A stretch of 64,000 nucleotides of DNA from an uncultured Actinomycetes bacterium (lineage in GTDB: Bacteria > Actinomycetota > Thermoleophilia > Solirubrobacterales > Solirubrobacteraceae), in contig CAWGEW010000004.1 in the NCBI GenBank assembly GCA_963821685.1, positions 6,244-70,243 on the forward strand. Direction: 5' to 3'. The translations under genes and the position numbers were made by a program. Below, piece after piece: positions 47,484 to 56,199 of the stretch. The notes under the pieces are model-generated. The model saw nothing but the letters and a program-made list of their open reading frames with translations, did not search any database and was not told the DNA's origin. Every line of letters begins with the position of its first letter. Position 1 is the stretch's first letter.

Positions 47484-48360
47484 CTACTCGACGAAGTTCA
47501 GCGGCAGCGCACCGACGCCGAGCATCCCAGGCCCCGCGTGGGTCCCGAGTACCGGCCCGACCTCGGAGACGATCAGCGGATCGTGCCCGAAGATCTCGCG
47601 CCCGCCCTCGGCGATCTGGGCTGCCACGTCGGGGGACTGGATGTGCTGCACGACAAAGGCGGTGGCGCCGTCGGCCTCGCGCGCACGGAGGTACTCGAGC
47701 ATCCGCTCCACGACGCGCTTGCTCGTCCGAACACGCTCGATCGGCATCAGCGTGCCGTCCGAGAACGTCAGGATCGGCTTGACGCGCAGCGCGCTCCCGA
47801 TCCACGCCTGCGCACGGCCGATGCGGCCGCCGCGCTGGAGGAACTCGAGCGTGTCGACGGCGAACCAGATCTTCATCTCTTCGATCGCCTGCCGTGTGTG
47901 CTCGGCGACCGCTTCGACACCGGCGCCGCTGTCGGCCGCACGCCTGGGCGGCGAGGACGGCCATCGCGAGCCCGCCGGCGCAGCTCAGCGAGTCGACGAC
48001 CTCGACGCGCCGCTGACCGCCGCGCGCCGCAAGCTCGGCCGCCGCCTGGCGCGCCGACTCGACGGTTCCCGAGAGCCCGCCGGAGAGGTGCACCGAGACG
48101 ATGTCCTGCCCGGCTCCGACCAGCGGCTCGTAGACCTCGAGGAAGTCACCGATCGACGGCTGCGACGTCGTCGGCAGCTCGGCGGCCGTGCGCAGGCCGT
48201 CGTAGAACGCGTCGAAGTCGGGCATGTCCGCCTCACGCGTGAGCTGCCCGGCCTGGTTGACGTAGAGGCTGACCTGATGGATTCCGCGGCGTTGCACCAG
48301 CTCTCGCGGGAGGTAGTGCGTGGAGTCGGTGACGATGGCGACGGGGGTGGCAGCGGGCAT
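47484..48360 (-). pseudogene. DegV family fatty-acid-binding protein with one insertion-type frameshift near 47940.
   Basis: MPAATPVAIVTDSTHYLPRELVQRRGIHQVSLYV...LPTTSQPSIGDFLEVYEPLVGAGQDIVSVHLSGGLSGTVESARQAA. After the shift it reads ...MKIWFAVDTLEFLQRGGRIGRAQAWIGSALRVKPILTFSDG. Confidence 0.85.
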
Positions 48361-48441
48361 CGGTCCTGAGCCTAGAGGGTCAACCCGCGGGTGCGTCCGC
48401 ACGGCCACCTGCCCTTCCCGGTGCACGGCTAGGCTCCCGCC

Positions 48442-49506
48442 GTGGGCGTCACGCTGGTCACCGGAGCGACGGGTCTCGTCGGCTCGCACGTCACGCGCCT
48501 GCTGGTCGAGCGCGGCGACCGCGTGCGCGTGACCGTTCGCCCGCTCTCGCGCGTCGAGCAGCTCGAAGGCCTCGATGTCGAGCAGGTCCGCGCCGACGTG
48601 CTCGACCGCGCGTCGATGCGCCGCGCATTGCGCGGCGTGACCCGCGTCTTCCACGTCGCCGGACTGACGTCGCTGCGCGCCGGGGCGGACACGCTGTTCC
48701 GCGTCAACGTCGACGGAACCCGGATCGTGCTCGAGGAGGCGCTGCGCGCGAACGTCGAGCGCGCGGTGCTCACGTCATCTGTGGCGGCGATCGGCCCGGC
48801 GCCGCGCGGCGCGACGGCCGACGAGACGCAGGTCTTCCGCGCCGGCCGCTTCGGGCTGCCGTACGTCAGCAGCAAGCACGAGGCCGAGAGCGAGGCACTG
48901 CGGATCGCGGCGCACGGCCTGCCGCTGGTGATCGTCAACCCCGCGCACGTGATGGGGAAGGGCGACGTCTACCGCTCCTCGACCGAGCTGGTGCGGCGCT
49001 TCATGCAGCGCCGGATACCGGCCTACGTGGACGGGGCGCTGAACGTCGTCGACGCCGAGGACGTCGCGCGCGGTCACCTGCTCGCCGACGAGCGCGGCCA
49101 GGTCGGGGAGCGCTACATCTTCGGCAACCGGAACTTCACGCTCGACCGCCTGTTCGCCGACCTCGGCCGCCTGTCCGGCGTCGAGCCGCCGTCGGTCAAG
49201 CTGCCGCTCGCCGGCGCGCTGCAGCTCGCGCGCGCCGCGGAGGCGCTGCCCGGAACGCCGGTGCTGACCGTCGGGGAGGTGCGCGCATCGTCGCTCTGGT
49301 GGGCGTTCCGGTCGACCAAGGCCAAGCGCGAGCTGGGGTGGAAGCCCTCACACCACGAGGACACGCTCGTCGACACGATCGAGTGGTACCGCAGCCGCGA
49401 GCCGGCGCTGATGGACCCGCCGGGGACACGCCAGCCGACGCTGCTGCGGCTGACGGGCTTCGGCGTCCGGCAGGCCGGCGGGCTGTTCGGAGCGCTGCGC
49501 GGCTGA
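48442..49506 (+). CDS. NAD-dependent epimerase/dehydratase family protein (dihydroflavonol-reductase-like).
   Basis: MGVTLVTGATGLVGSHVTRLLVERGD... (GxxGxxG), ...SSVAAIG...YVSSKHEAE (YxxxK). Intact 354 aa. Confidence 0.82.
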   Translation: MGVTLVTGATGLVGSHVTRLLVERGDRVRVTVRPLSRVEQLEGLDVEQVRADVLDRASMRRALRGVTRVFHVAGLTSLRAGADTLFRVNVDGTRIVLEEALRANVERAVLTSSVAAIGPAPRGATADETQVFRAGRFGLPYVSSKHEAESEALRIAAHGLPLVIVNPAHVMGKGDVYRSSTELVRRFMQRRIPAYVDGALNVVDAEDVARGHLLADERGQVGERYIFGNRNFTLDRLFADLGRLSGVEPPSVKLPLAGALQLARAAEALPGTPVLTVGEVRASSLWWAFRSTKAKRELGWKPSHHEDTLVDTIEWYRSREPALMDPPGTRQPTLLRLTGFGVRQAGGLFGALRG

Positions 49507-49763
49507 TGGCGACGCTCTACCGCTGCCGCACGCCGACCGACCGGCTCTGCCCGTGCGGTCGCGTCGCGCGCGAGCTGCGACGCCAGGGGGTGTCGTTCGA
49601 GGAGACCCGGGTGGCGTGGCGCCGGCGTGATCGCGACGAGGTCGCGGCGCTCAGCGGTCAGCGCAACGTCCCGCTGCTGATCCTCGATGGCGAGCCGATC
49701 TGCGACTCGCACCGGATCGTGGAGCACCTGCGCTGGCGGGCCGGCGAGGACCAGACCTCATAG
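49506..49763 (+). CDS. Glutaredoxin/GST-N-like thioredoxin-fold protein (85 aa).
   Basis: The TGATG overlaps the epimerase stop. MATLYRCRTPTDRLCPCGRVARELRRQGVSFEETRV...QRNVPLLILDGEPICDSHRIVEHL. Confidence 0.5.
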   Translation: MATLYRCRTPTDRLCPCGRVARELRRQGVSFEETRVAWRRRDRDEVAALSGQRNVPLLILDGEPICDSHRIVEHLRWRAGEDQTS

Positions 49764-49816
49764 AAAAGGCCGTTTCAGAAAGTCGCCCGTCGCAGGTGGC
49801 TCGCGGGGGACGACTG

Positions 49817-51611
49817 ATGCTCTACCGTCCCGGCCTCATGCTCCGCCGCACGGCCGCCCTCTCGCTCCTCGCACTGGCGGCCGCTCCCGCGGCGCACGCC
49901 GCGGGACCGCCGATCATGCCGCTCGCCGACGTGCACGCGGGAATGACCTGCACGGTCGCCTCCGTGATCCACGGCACCGCGATCAGCACCTTCGGCGCGC
50001 ACGTCGACGACGTGATCGCGCCCGGGTCCGATTCGACGACCGGGCGCATCCTCGTCACGGTCTCCGGGCCTGCGGTCGACGACACGGGCGTCGGCCCGGG
50101 GTTCTCCGGCTCGCCGATCACCTGCACGGGAACTGACGGGACGCCGCGCATCGCGGGCGCGATCACCGAGACGATCGGCGCGTTCGGCGGCAAGACGGTG
50201 CTCGCGACGCCGATCCAGTCGATCCTCGGCGAGCCGGTCGACCCGCCGCACGCTGCAGCGGCGCACAGCGCCCGCGTCGCAGCGCTGCTGCGGCGCGCGC
50301 GCCCGGTCGCCGAGCCGCTCAGCTACTCGGGCCTGTCCCCGGCGGTCGGGCGCATCTTCCAGCGCGCAGCGGCCCGCGCCGGCCGCACGCTCGTGCTCGC
50401 GCCGCTGCGCCCCGCCCAGGCGCCCGCGGCGCCGGCGATCGTCCCGGGCTCGGCGATCGGCGTGACGCTCGCGACCGGCGACGTCGACGCCGGCGCGGTC
50501 GGCACCGCCGCATACGTCGACGGCACCACCGTCTGGGGCTTCGGGCATCCGTTCGACGGAGCCGGCCGGCGCTCGCTGTTCCTGACCGCCGCGTACGTCT
50601 ACGGCGTCGTCAACAACCCGCTCGCGACGGCCGACGCTGCGACCTACAAGCTCGCGGCGCCGACCGCGACGATCGGCACGCTGACGCAGGACGGCGTCAG
50701 CGGCGTCGTCGGGCGGATCGGAGCCGCGCCGCCGAGCTTCCCGCTGCAGATCTCCGTGCGCGACCTCGACACCAAGCGGCTGACGGGACTGCGCTCGCAG
50801 GTCGCCGACGAGCGTGCGATCGGCTTCCCGACCGGCTCGTCCGCGCTGTCGGCCGTGGCCGCGCCCGCAATCGTTCAGGCGCTCTACGACGCGCTCGACG
50901 GCTCACCGGTCCGGCAGAGCAGCGACATGTGCCTGCGGATCGCGATCCGCAACCGCAAGAAGCCGCTCGGGTTCTGCAACACCTACGTCGGTGGGGGCGG
51001 GAGCACGGACGCGCTGGCCGGCGGCCCGCTCGTCTCCGACGCGGCGGCCGCCACGCAGATCCTCGACGCCTACGACGCCGGGCCACTGCCGGTCACCGGT
51101 GTGCAGGTCGGCCTGCGCGTCGCGCGCGGCCTGCGGATCGCGACGCTGAAGCGTCTGCGCGGCCCGGCGAACGTGCGCCGCGGCAGCACGATCAGCGTGC
51201 GCGCGACGCTCCAGCGGCCCGGCGGAGGGACGCTCGTCCGCACGCTGCGCGTGCCCGTTCCGCGCGGTGTCCCGCGCGGGCCGCGGACACTGTTCCTCAA
51301 GGGGACGGAGGCCGACGCGACGTCCGGGCGAGTCCGACAGCGGCGCGACGACGATCGATCTGTCATCGCTGTTCGAGCCCGACACCGGTGACCAGCCGGC
51401 GAGCCCGGGGTCAGTCGCAGCGCTGGCCGATGCGCTGTCGGCGCTGCATCGCTACGACGGCGTCACCGCGCGCTTCCTGCCGCCGGGCGCCTCGGTGCCG
51501 CAGGATCTGCCCGGCGGCGCTGAGGGCATCGCGCAGCGCGCACGGCGGGTCTTCCGCGACCCGCAGCTGCGCATCGCGGGCCGCGCCCGGCTGCTGATCA
51601 ACGTTCGCTGA
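49817..51611 (+). pseudogene. Secreted SpoIVB-like (peptidase S55 family) serine peptidase homologue with one +1 frameshift near 51335.
   Basis: Signal peptide MLYRPGLMLRRTAALSLLALAAAPAAHA. The S55-like core reads ...GRILVTVSGPAVDDTGVGPGFSGSPITCTGTDGTPRIAGAITETI...ATPIQSIL. Further on, ...WGFGHPFDGAG... After the shift the C-terminus is ...TTIDLSSLFEPDTGDQPASPGSVAALADALSALHRYDGVTARF. An alternative GTG is at 49796. Confidence 0.6.
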
Positions 51612-51634
51612 GCGCAGGCGCTCAGCGTCGCGCT

Positions 51635-52048
51635 TCAGGACAGGCGGTTCTCGATCTGCAGCGGCGCCGGCGCGGGTGTCTGCGCCTCGGCCTCGGGAAC
51701 CTCGAGCGGTGCGTCGTCCGGCGCCGCGACGCCGAGCGCCTCGGCCAGCTCGCCGGACTCGTACATCTCGATCACGATGTCGCAGCCACCGACCAGCTCG
51801 CCCTTGGCGAACAGCTGCGGGATCGTCGGCCAGTTCGAGAGTGCGCTGAGCTCCTGACGGATCCGCGGGTCGGGCAGGATGTCGACGGAGGCGAACGGTG
51901 CGCCCAGCGACTCCAGCGCCGCGACGGTGCGCGCCGAGAAGCCGCACATCGGCTGCTCGGGCGTCCCCTTCATGAAGAGGATCACGTCGTTCTCCTGGAT
52001 CGCGCCGGCGATCGCCTCGCGGAGGGGGTTCTCGGTCTGCTGGGTCAT
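51635..52048 (-). CDS. grxD: Monothiol (CGFS) glutaredoxin, Grx4 family.
   Basis: VILFMKGTPEQPMCGFSARTVAALESLG...WPTIPQLFAKGELVGGCDIV. Intact, with an acidic/Pro-rich C-terminal extension. Confidence 0.85.
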   Translation of the reverse strand: MTQQTENPLREAIAGAIQENDVILFMKGTPEQPMCGFSARTVAALESLGAPFASVDILPDPRIRQELSALSNWPTIPQLFAKGELVGGCDIVIEMYESGELAEALGVAAPDDAPLEVPEAEAQTPAPAPLQIENRLS

Positions 52049-52269
52049 GGGGTCTCCGTCTTGATCGACAGGGCGTGGATCGGGCCACCCAGCTCGCCGT
52101 CCTCGAACAGGCCGTAGACGAGGCGGTGCTGCTGGATGCGGCTGAGGCCGTCGAACGCGGATGCGACGATACGGGCACTGAAGTGCACGTCGTCGGAGGT
52201 CTGGACCTCGGCCTGGGAGCCGGGGATCCCGGTCTCGATCCGGCTCCTGATCTCGTCCGCGGTGGGCAT
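52045..52269 (-). CDS. BolA family protein.
   Basis: MPTADEIRSRIETGIPGSQAEVQTSDDVHFSARIVASAFDGLSRIQQHRLVYGLF...GPIHALSIKT. Its stop overlaps the Grx4 ATG (ATGA at 52045-52048). Confidence 0.8.
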   Translation of the reverse strand: MPTADEIRSRIETGIPGSQAEVQTSDDVHFSARIVASAFDGLSRIQQHRLVYGLFEDGELGGPIHALSIKTETP

Positions 52270-52308
52270 CTCTGGACAGGGTAGACGGTCGCTATACTTC
52301 GTGAAGCG

Positions 52309-52698
52309 ATGAGCGTCGAGATCAGCTTCAAGGCCAACGGCATCAAGTTCACCGAGGTCGGTGCTGCCAAGGTGCGCGAGTTCCTCGCGGCACAGGGCGC
52401 CGACGTCCAGGTCGCCGGTCTGCGTGTCGGCGTCAAGGGCGGCGGCTGCTCCGGCTTCCAGTACCAGCTCGCCTTCGACGAGCGGCGCGACGACGACATC
52501 GTCTTCGAGGACCACGGCCTGCAGCTGCTCGTGGATCCGCAGAGCCTCTCGTACGTCGACGGCTCACAGATCGACTACGTCGACTCGCTCACCGGCGCCG
52601 GGTTCCAGGTCGTGAACCCGAACGTCGTCGCCGCCTGCGGCTGCGGCTCGTCCTTCCGTGTGAAGGACGAAGAAGCCGAAGCCGTCAGCGCGCTCTAG
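52309..52698 (+). CDS. erpA: Iron-sulfur cluster insertion/assembly protein (HesB/IscA/ErpA family).
   Basis: GLRVGVKGGGCSGFQYQLAFDE...QIDYVDSLTGAGFQVVNPNVVAACGCGSSF. The three Cys ligands are conserved. Divergent from bolA. Confidence 0.85.
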   Translation: MSVEISFKANGIKFTEVGAAKVREFLAAQGADVQVAGLRVGVKGGGCSGFQYQLAFDERRDDDIVFEDHGLQLLVDPQSLSYVDGSQIDYVDSLTGAGFQVVNPNVVAACGCGSSFRVKDEEAEAVSAL

Positions 52699-52713
52699 GC
52701 CTGCGCCGCCGGC

Positions 52714-53374
52714 TCAGGCCGGCTCGTTGTTGAGCGTCCACCAGAGGACGCGGCATGCCGCCGTCCGGTAGGGGCTCCACGGCTCGGCAAGCGCTTCGAG
52801 CTCGGTGCGGTGCGGCAGGTCGTCCAGCTCGTACAGCAGCTGTGCTCCCTTGCGGACGCCCAGATCGCCCCAGGCGAGCACGTCCGGCCGCTTCAGCTGG
52901 AACATCAGGAACATGTGCGCCGACCAGTCGCCGATCCCCTTGACGGCGGTGAGCTCAGCGATCAGCTCGTCGTCGGGGAGCGTCGACGACGTGGTCGAGG
53001 TCGAGGTCGCCCGACACGATGTGCTCGGCGAGCGAGCGCAGGAAGCTCACCTTCGCGCGCGACAGGCCGATCGCCGCGCGCAGCTCCTCCGGGTCGTCGG
53101 CGAGCACCTCCTCGGGTGCGGGCGGCTGTCCGCCGAAGCGCTCGAGCATCCGTCCCCACATCACGCGCGCCACGGTCGTCGACAGCTGCTGGCCGACGAT
53201 CGCGCGGATCAGCGCCGCGTAGTGGTCGCCGTCGCGGCTGTCGTCCTCCTCGAGGACGATGTCGTTCGCGTCGAGCAGCCGCGCCATCACCGGGTCGGCC
53301 TTGCGCAGGTGCGCGAAGGCCGCTCCGGAATCGAAGCCGACTGGCTGGACCGTGCCGGCTCCGGGGCGGGGCAT
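52714..53374 (-). pseudogene. DNA-3-methyladenine glycosylase II (AlkA-like, HhH-GPD) with one insertion-type frameshift near 52975.
   Basis: ...HYAALIRAIVGQQLSTTVARVMWGRMLERFGG...LRAAIGLSRAKVSFLRSLAEHIVSGDLDLD. After the shift it reads ...LTAVKGIGDWSAHMFLMFQLKRPDVLAWGDLGVRKG. Confidence 0.75.
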
Positions 53375-53383
53375 GCCGTGAGC

Positions 53384-54085
53384 CTACGGCCGTCCGACGG
53401 CGTCGGGCACGGCGACGGGCTCGCCGTCGAGTGCCGCGAGCGCCTGTGCGACCGAGGTGCGGATGCAGGTGAAGCTCGGCGTGTCGCGCTCGGTGTAGGC
53501 CGAGGCCTCGGTCGGGCGCAGCTGATGGACGAGGTCCATGAACGCGCCGGCATCGTCGGTGTCGAACGAGACGACGAACTCCTGGTCGTCGAGCCCGAAG
53601 CAGTAGATCGTGTGGTTGTCCACCATCGGGTACTCCTTGCCGATGCGGATGTGGTCCTGCATCACCCGCCAGCGCTCATCCGGGGCCAGTGCGTACCAGT
53701 CGCGGCGCTTGACGAACGGATAGATGAACACGTACTTGCCGCGGTACGGGCGAGGGATGAGCCGCTGTTCGTCGGAGTACTCCGATCCCTTGCGCATGCC
53801 GAGCAGCGCGTAGGGCTGCGTGCACCACTTCATCAGGCCACTCTGCGCGAGGATCACGCCGAACTCGTGGATGCGGTCGAGGTTCTCGACCTCGAGCGAG
53901 ACGATCATGTCGGCGTCGCCGCGGATGCCGACGAGCGAGAAGGCCTGGACGAGGTGATCCTCGCCGAAGGCCTCGCAGGCGGCGAGGAACTCGGCCTTGT
54001 CCTGCGCCCGCTGTGCTGAATCGAGCCGCTTCCAGGCCGGGTCGACCTGGAGGAACGTGTACTTCACGAAGTGGCGATCGGTCAT
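53384..54085 (-). CDS. chdC: Chlorite-dismutase-family coproheme decarboxylase (HemQ/ChdC).
   Basis: MTDRHFVKYTFLQVDPAWKRLDSAQR...YVFIYPFVKRRDWYALAPDERWRVMQDHIRIGKEYPMVDNHTIYCFGLDDQEFVVSFDTDD...LRPTEASAYT. Intact 233 aa. Confidence 0.85.
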   Translation of the reverse strand: MTDRHFVKYTFLQVDPAWKRLDSAQRAQDKAEFLAACEAFGEDHLVQAFSLVGIRGDADMIVSLEVENLDRIHEFGVILAQSGLMKWCTQPYALLGMRKGSEYSDEQRLIPRPYRGKYVFIYPFVKRRDWYALAPDERWRVMQDHIRIGKEYPMVDNHTIYCFGLDDQEFVVSFDTDDAGAFMDLVHQLRPTEASAYTERDTPSFTCIRTSVAQALAALDGEPVAVPDAVGRP

Positions 54086-54161
54086 GCGGAGGGACGTCCT
54101 TGCCTGGGCGGCGGGCGGTCGCGTGCACGGGTGCGGGCGGCCTGTGGTCAGAATAGTGGCG

Positions 54162-56186
54162 ATGCTCGCCCGGCTCCGCTCCGCCGCGCCCCTGCTCGCG
54201 GCGGGAGCGGCGCTCGCACTTGCGCTGCTCGTCGCCCCCGGCGCGGATGCTCAGTCGTCGGCGCCGTTGCCGAACGGCATGCCGCGGGTGCTGATCGCGT
54301 TCCTGCCGGCCGTCCCGGTCGAGGCGGCCGACGACGCCGTCGAGCCGCCGCTGGCCTACCAGCCGGTGCTGGGCAGGCTCGACGCACGGGGGCCGCTCTC
54401 ACTCGGGCTGAGCAGTGCCTCGCAGGGCCGCTACGACCGGATCCAGGCGCTGCTGGACATCACGCAGGGCACGCGCGTCTCGCTGGCGACCTATAACCCC
54501 AAGCGCCCATCGCCGCTCGTCTATCTCCAGGACGGGACGGCTGCGCGGCTCGGCGGCTGGGCGGCGATCACGCGCCGTGCCGACGACGCCCCGGCGAAGC
54601 TGCAGCCGGGTCTGCTGGCCCAGTCGGTCCCGCGCGGCGCGGGGTACGCCGGGGTGCGCGGTGAGTCGCGCGCCGACGCGATCGTGGCGGCGGACCGGCT
54701 CGGCCGGATCGCGCAGGCGTCGATCGGCTCCGCCGGTGACGTCGCCGACCGTGCCCAGGCGCTGCTCATGCGCCGTGCGCTCGTCGTGGCGGGCCTGCCG
54801 GAAGGAGCGGCCGGCGATGCCGCGCTCGACCGCCTGATCGCGTTGCGGCGCGCCGATGAGCTGCTGATCGTCACGCAGACACCGCCGACCGTCACGGGGG
54901 CGCAGCTGCTGCCGATCGGGACGCTCGGTCTCGGCGGGACGCCGGGCGGCGAGCTGACCTCCGAGACGACCCACGTCGACGGGGTCGTCGCCGGGATCGA
55001 CATCGCGCCGACTGCGCTGAAGCACCTGCGGCTGCCGGTCCCCGAGACGATCAAGGGCCAGCCGATGACCTCGCAGCCGGGGCGCGACGCGGCCGGCCTG
55101 GAACGGCTCGCCGACCGTCTGCGCGTCGTCGTCCCGCGGCGCCTGCCGGCGCTCTGGACCCTGCTCGTCTCGTGGCTCGTGCTGCTCTTGTCGGCGATGC
55201 TGATCGCCGATCGCCGCGGGCGTCGCTGGGCGATGCGCGTCGGGCCGCTCGCGGTCCTCTGGGTCCCGTCGGTCGTGCTGCTGACGGCTGCGCTGCGACC
55301 GTCGCGCCTGCTCGAGTTCTTGCTCGTGTCGGCCCTGACGCTCGTGCTCGGGGCGGTCACCGACCGGCTGACGGCGTGGCCGCGCGGCCCGGCCGTGCCC
55401 GCGCTGGTCGGCCTCGCGGCGTACGTCATCGACCTGATCGCCGGCTCGCCGCTGATCATCCGCTCGCTGCTCGGCCCGAACCCGCTGTTCGGCTCACGCT
55501 TCTACGGGATCGGCAACGAGCTCGAGGCGACGCTCGCGGCGCTGCTGATGGTGGCGATCGGCGCACTGCTGGCCGGCCGCGGCCGCTCGCGCGGCGGGGT
55601 CGCGGCATTCGCCGGTGGCGGGCTCGCACTGGCGCTCGTGGTCGGGGCGGGACGCCTGGGGGCGGACGTCGGAGCGGTGATCACGATCGGCGCTGCGGCC
55701 GGCGCTGGGGCCGTGATGATGCTGCCCGGAGGCCTGACCCGGCGGAGCGCGACGATCGCGATCCTGGCCCCGGTCGCCGGCCTCGCGCTGCTGGCGGCGG
55801 TCGACCTCACGACGGGTGGTGACTCGCACTTCACGCGGACCGTCCTCCACGCCGACGGGTCCGGCGCGCTCTGGGACATCGTCTCGCGCCGCTACGAGCT
55901 TGCCTGGAAGCAGCTGATCCGCGGCCTGATGCCGGCCGTGACGCTGATCGCGCTGCTCGCGATCGCCGTCGGGGTGCGGCAGCGAGAACGCGTGCTGGAA
56001 CGCGTGGATGGGGACGCCGGCTGGCGCGCGGCGCTCGCGGGCCTGCTGGCCGCCGGATTCGCCGGATCGCTGTTCAACGACTCCGGCCCTGTGCTGCTCG
56101 TATTCGAGACGTTCATCGCCGGCGCGATGGTCCTGTATCTGCGTGCTGACCCGAAGTTCGAAGAACCCGGCCACCCGGCTCGCTAG
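54162..56186 (+). CDS. Membrane protein with a signal peptide, an extracytoplasmic alkaline-phosphatase-superfamily-like domain and a polytopic C-terminal half.
   Basis: MLARLRSAAPLLAAGAALALALLVAPGADA. The ectodomain of about 330 aa ends ...TSETTHVDGVVAGIDIAPTALKHLRLPVPETIKGQPM, an AlkP/sulfatase-type C-terminal pattern. At least 8 hydrophobic segments follow. Intact 674 aa. The function is unknown. Confidence 0.6.
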   Translation: MLARLRSAAPLLAAGAALALALLVAPGADAQSSAPLPNGMPRVLIAFLPAVPVEAADDAVEPPLAYQPVLGRLDARGPLSLGLSSASQGRYDRIQALLDITQGTRVSLATYNPKRPSPLVYLQDGTAARLGGWAAITRRADDAPAKLQPGLLAQSVPRGAGYAGVRGESRADAIVAADRLGRIAQASIGSAGDVADRAQALLMRRALVVAGLPEGAAGDAALDRLIALRRADELLIVTQTPPTVTGAQLLPIGTLGLGGTPGGELTSETTHVDGVVAGIDIAPTALKHLRLPVPETIKGQPMTSQPGRDAAGLERLADRLRVVVPRRLPALWTLLVSWLVLLLSAMLIADRRGRRWAMRVGPLAVLWVPSVVLLTAALRPSRLLEFLLVSALTLVLGAVTDRLTAWPRGPAVPALVGLAAYVIDLIAGSPLIIRSLLGPNPLFGSRFYGIGNELEATLAALLMVAIGALLAGRGRSRGGVAAFAGGGLALALVVGAGRLGADVGAVITIGAAAGAGAVMMLPGGLTRRSATIAILAPVAGLALLAAVDLTTGGDSHFTRTVLHADGSGALWDIVSRRYELAWKQLIRGLMPAVTLIALLAIAVGVRQRERVLERVDGDAGWRAALAGLLAAGFAGSLFNDSGPVLLVFETFIAGAMVLYLRADPKFEEPGHPAR

Positions 56187-56199
56187 GATCCCTCCAGCG

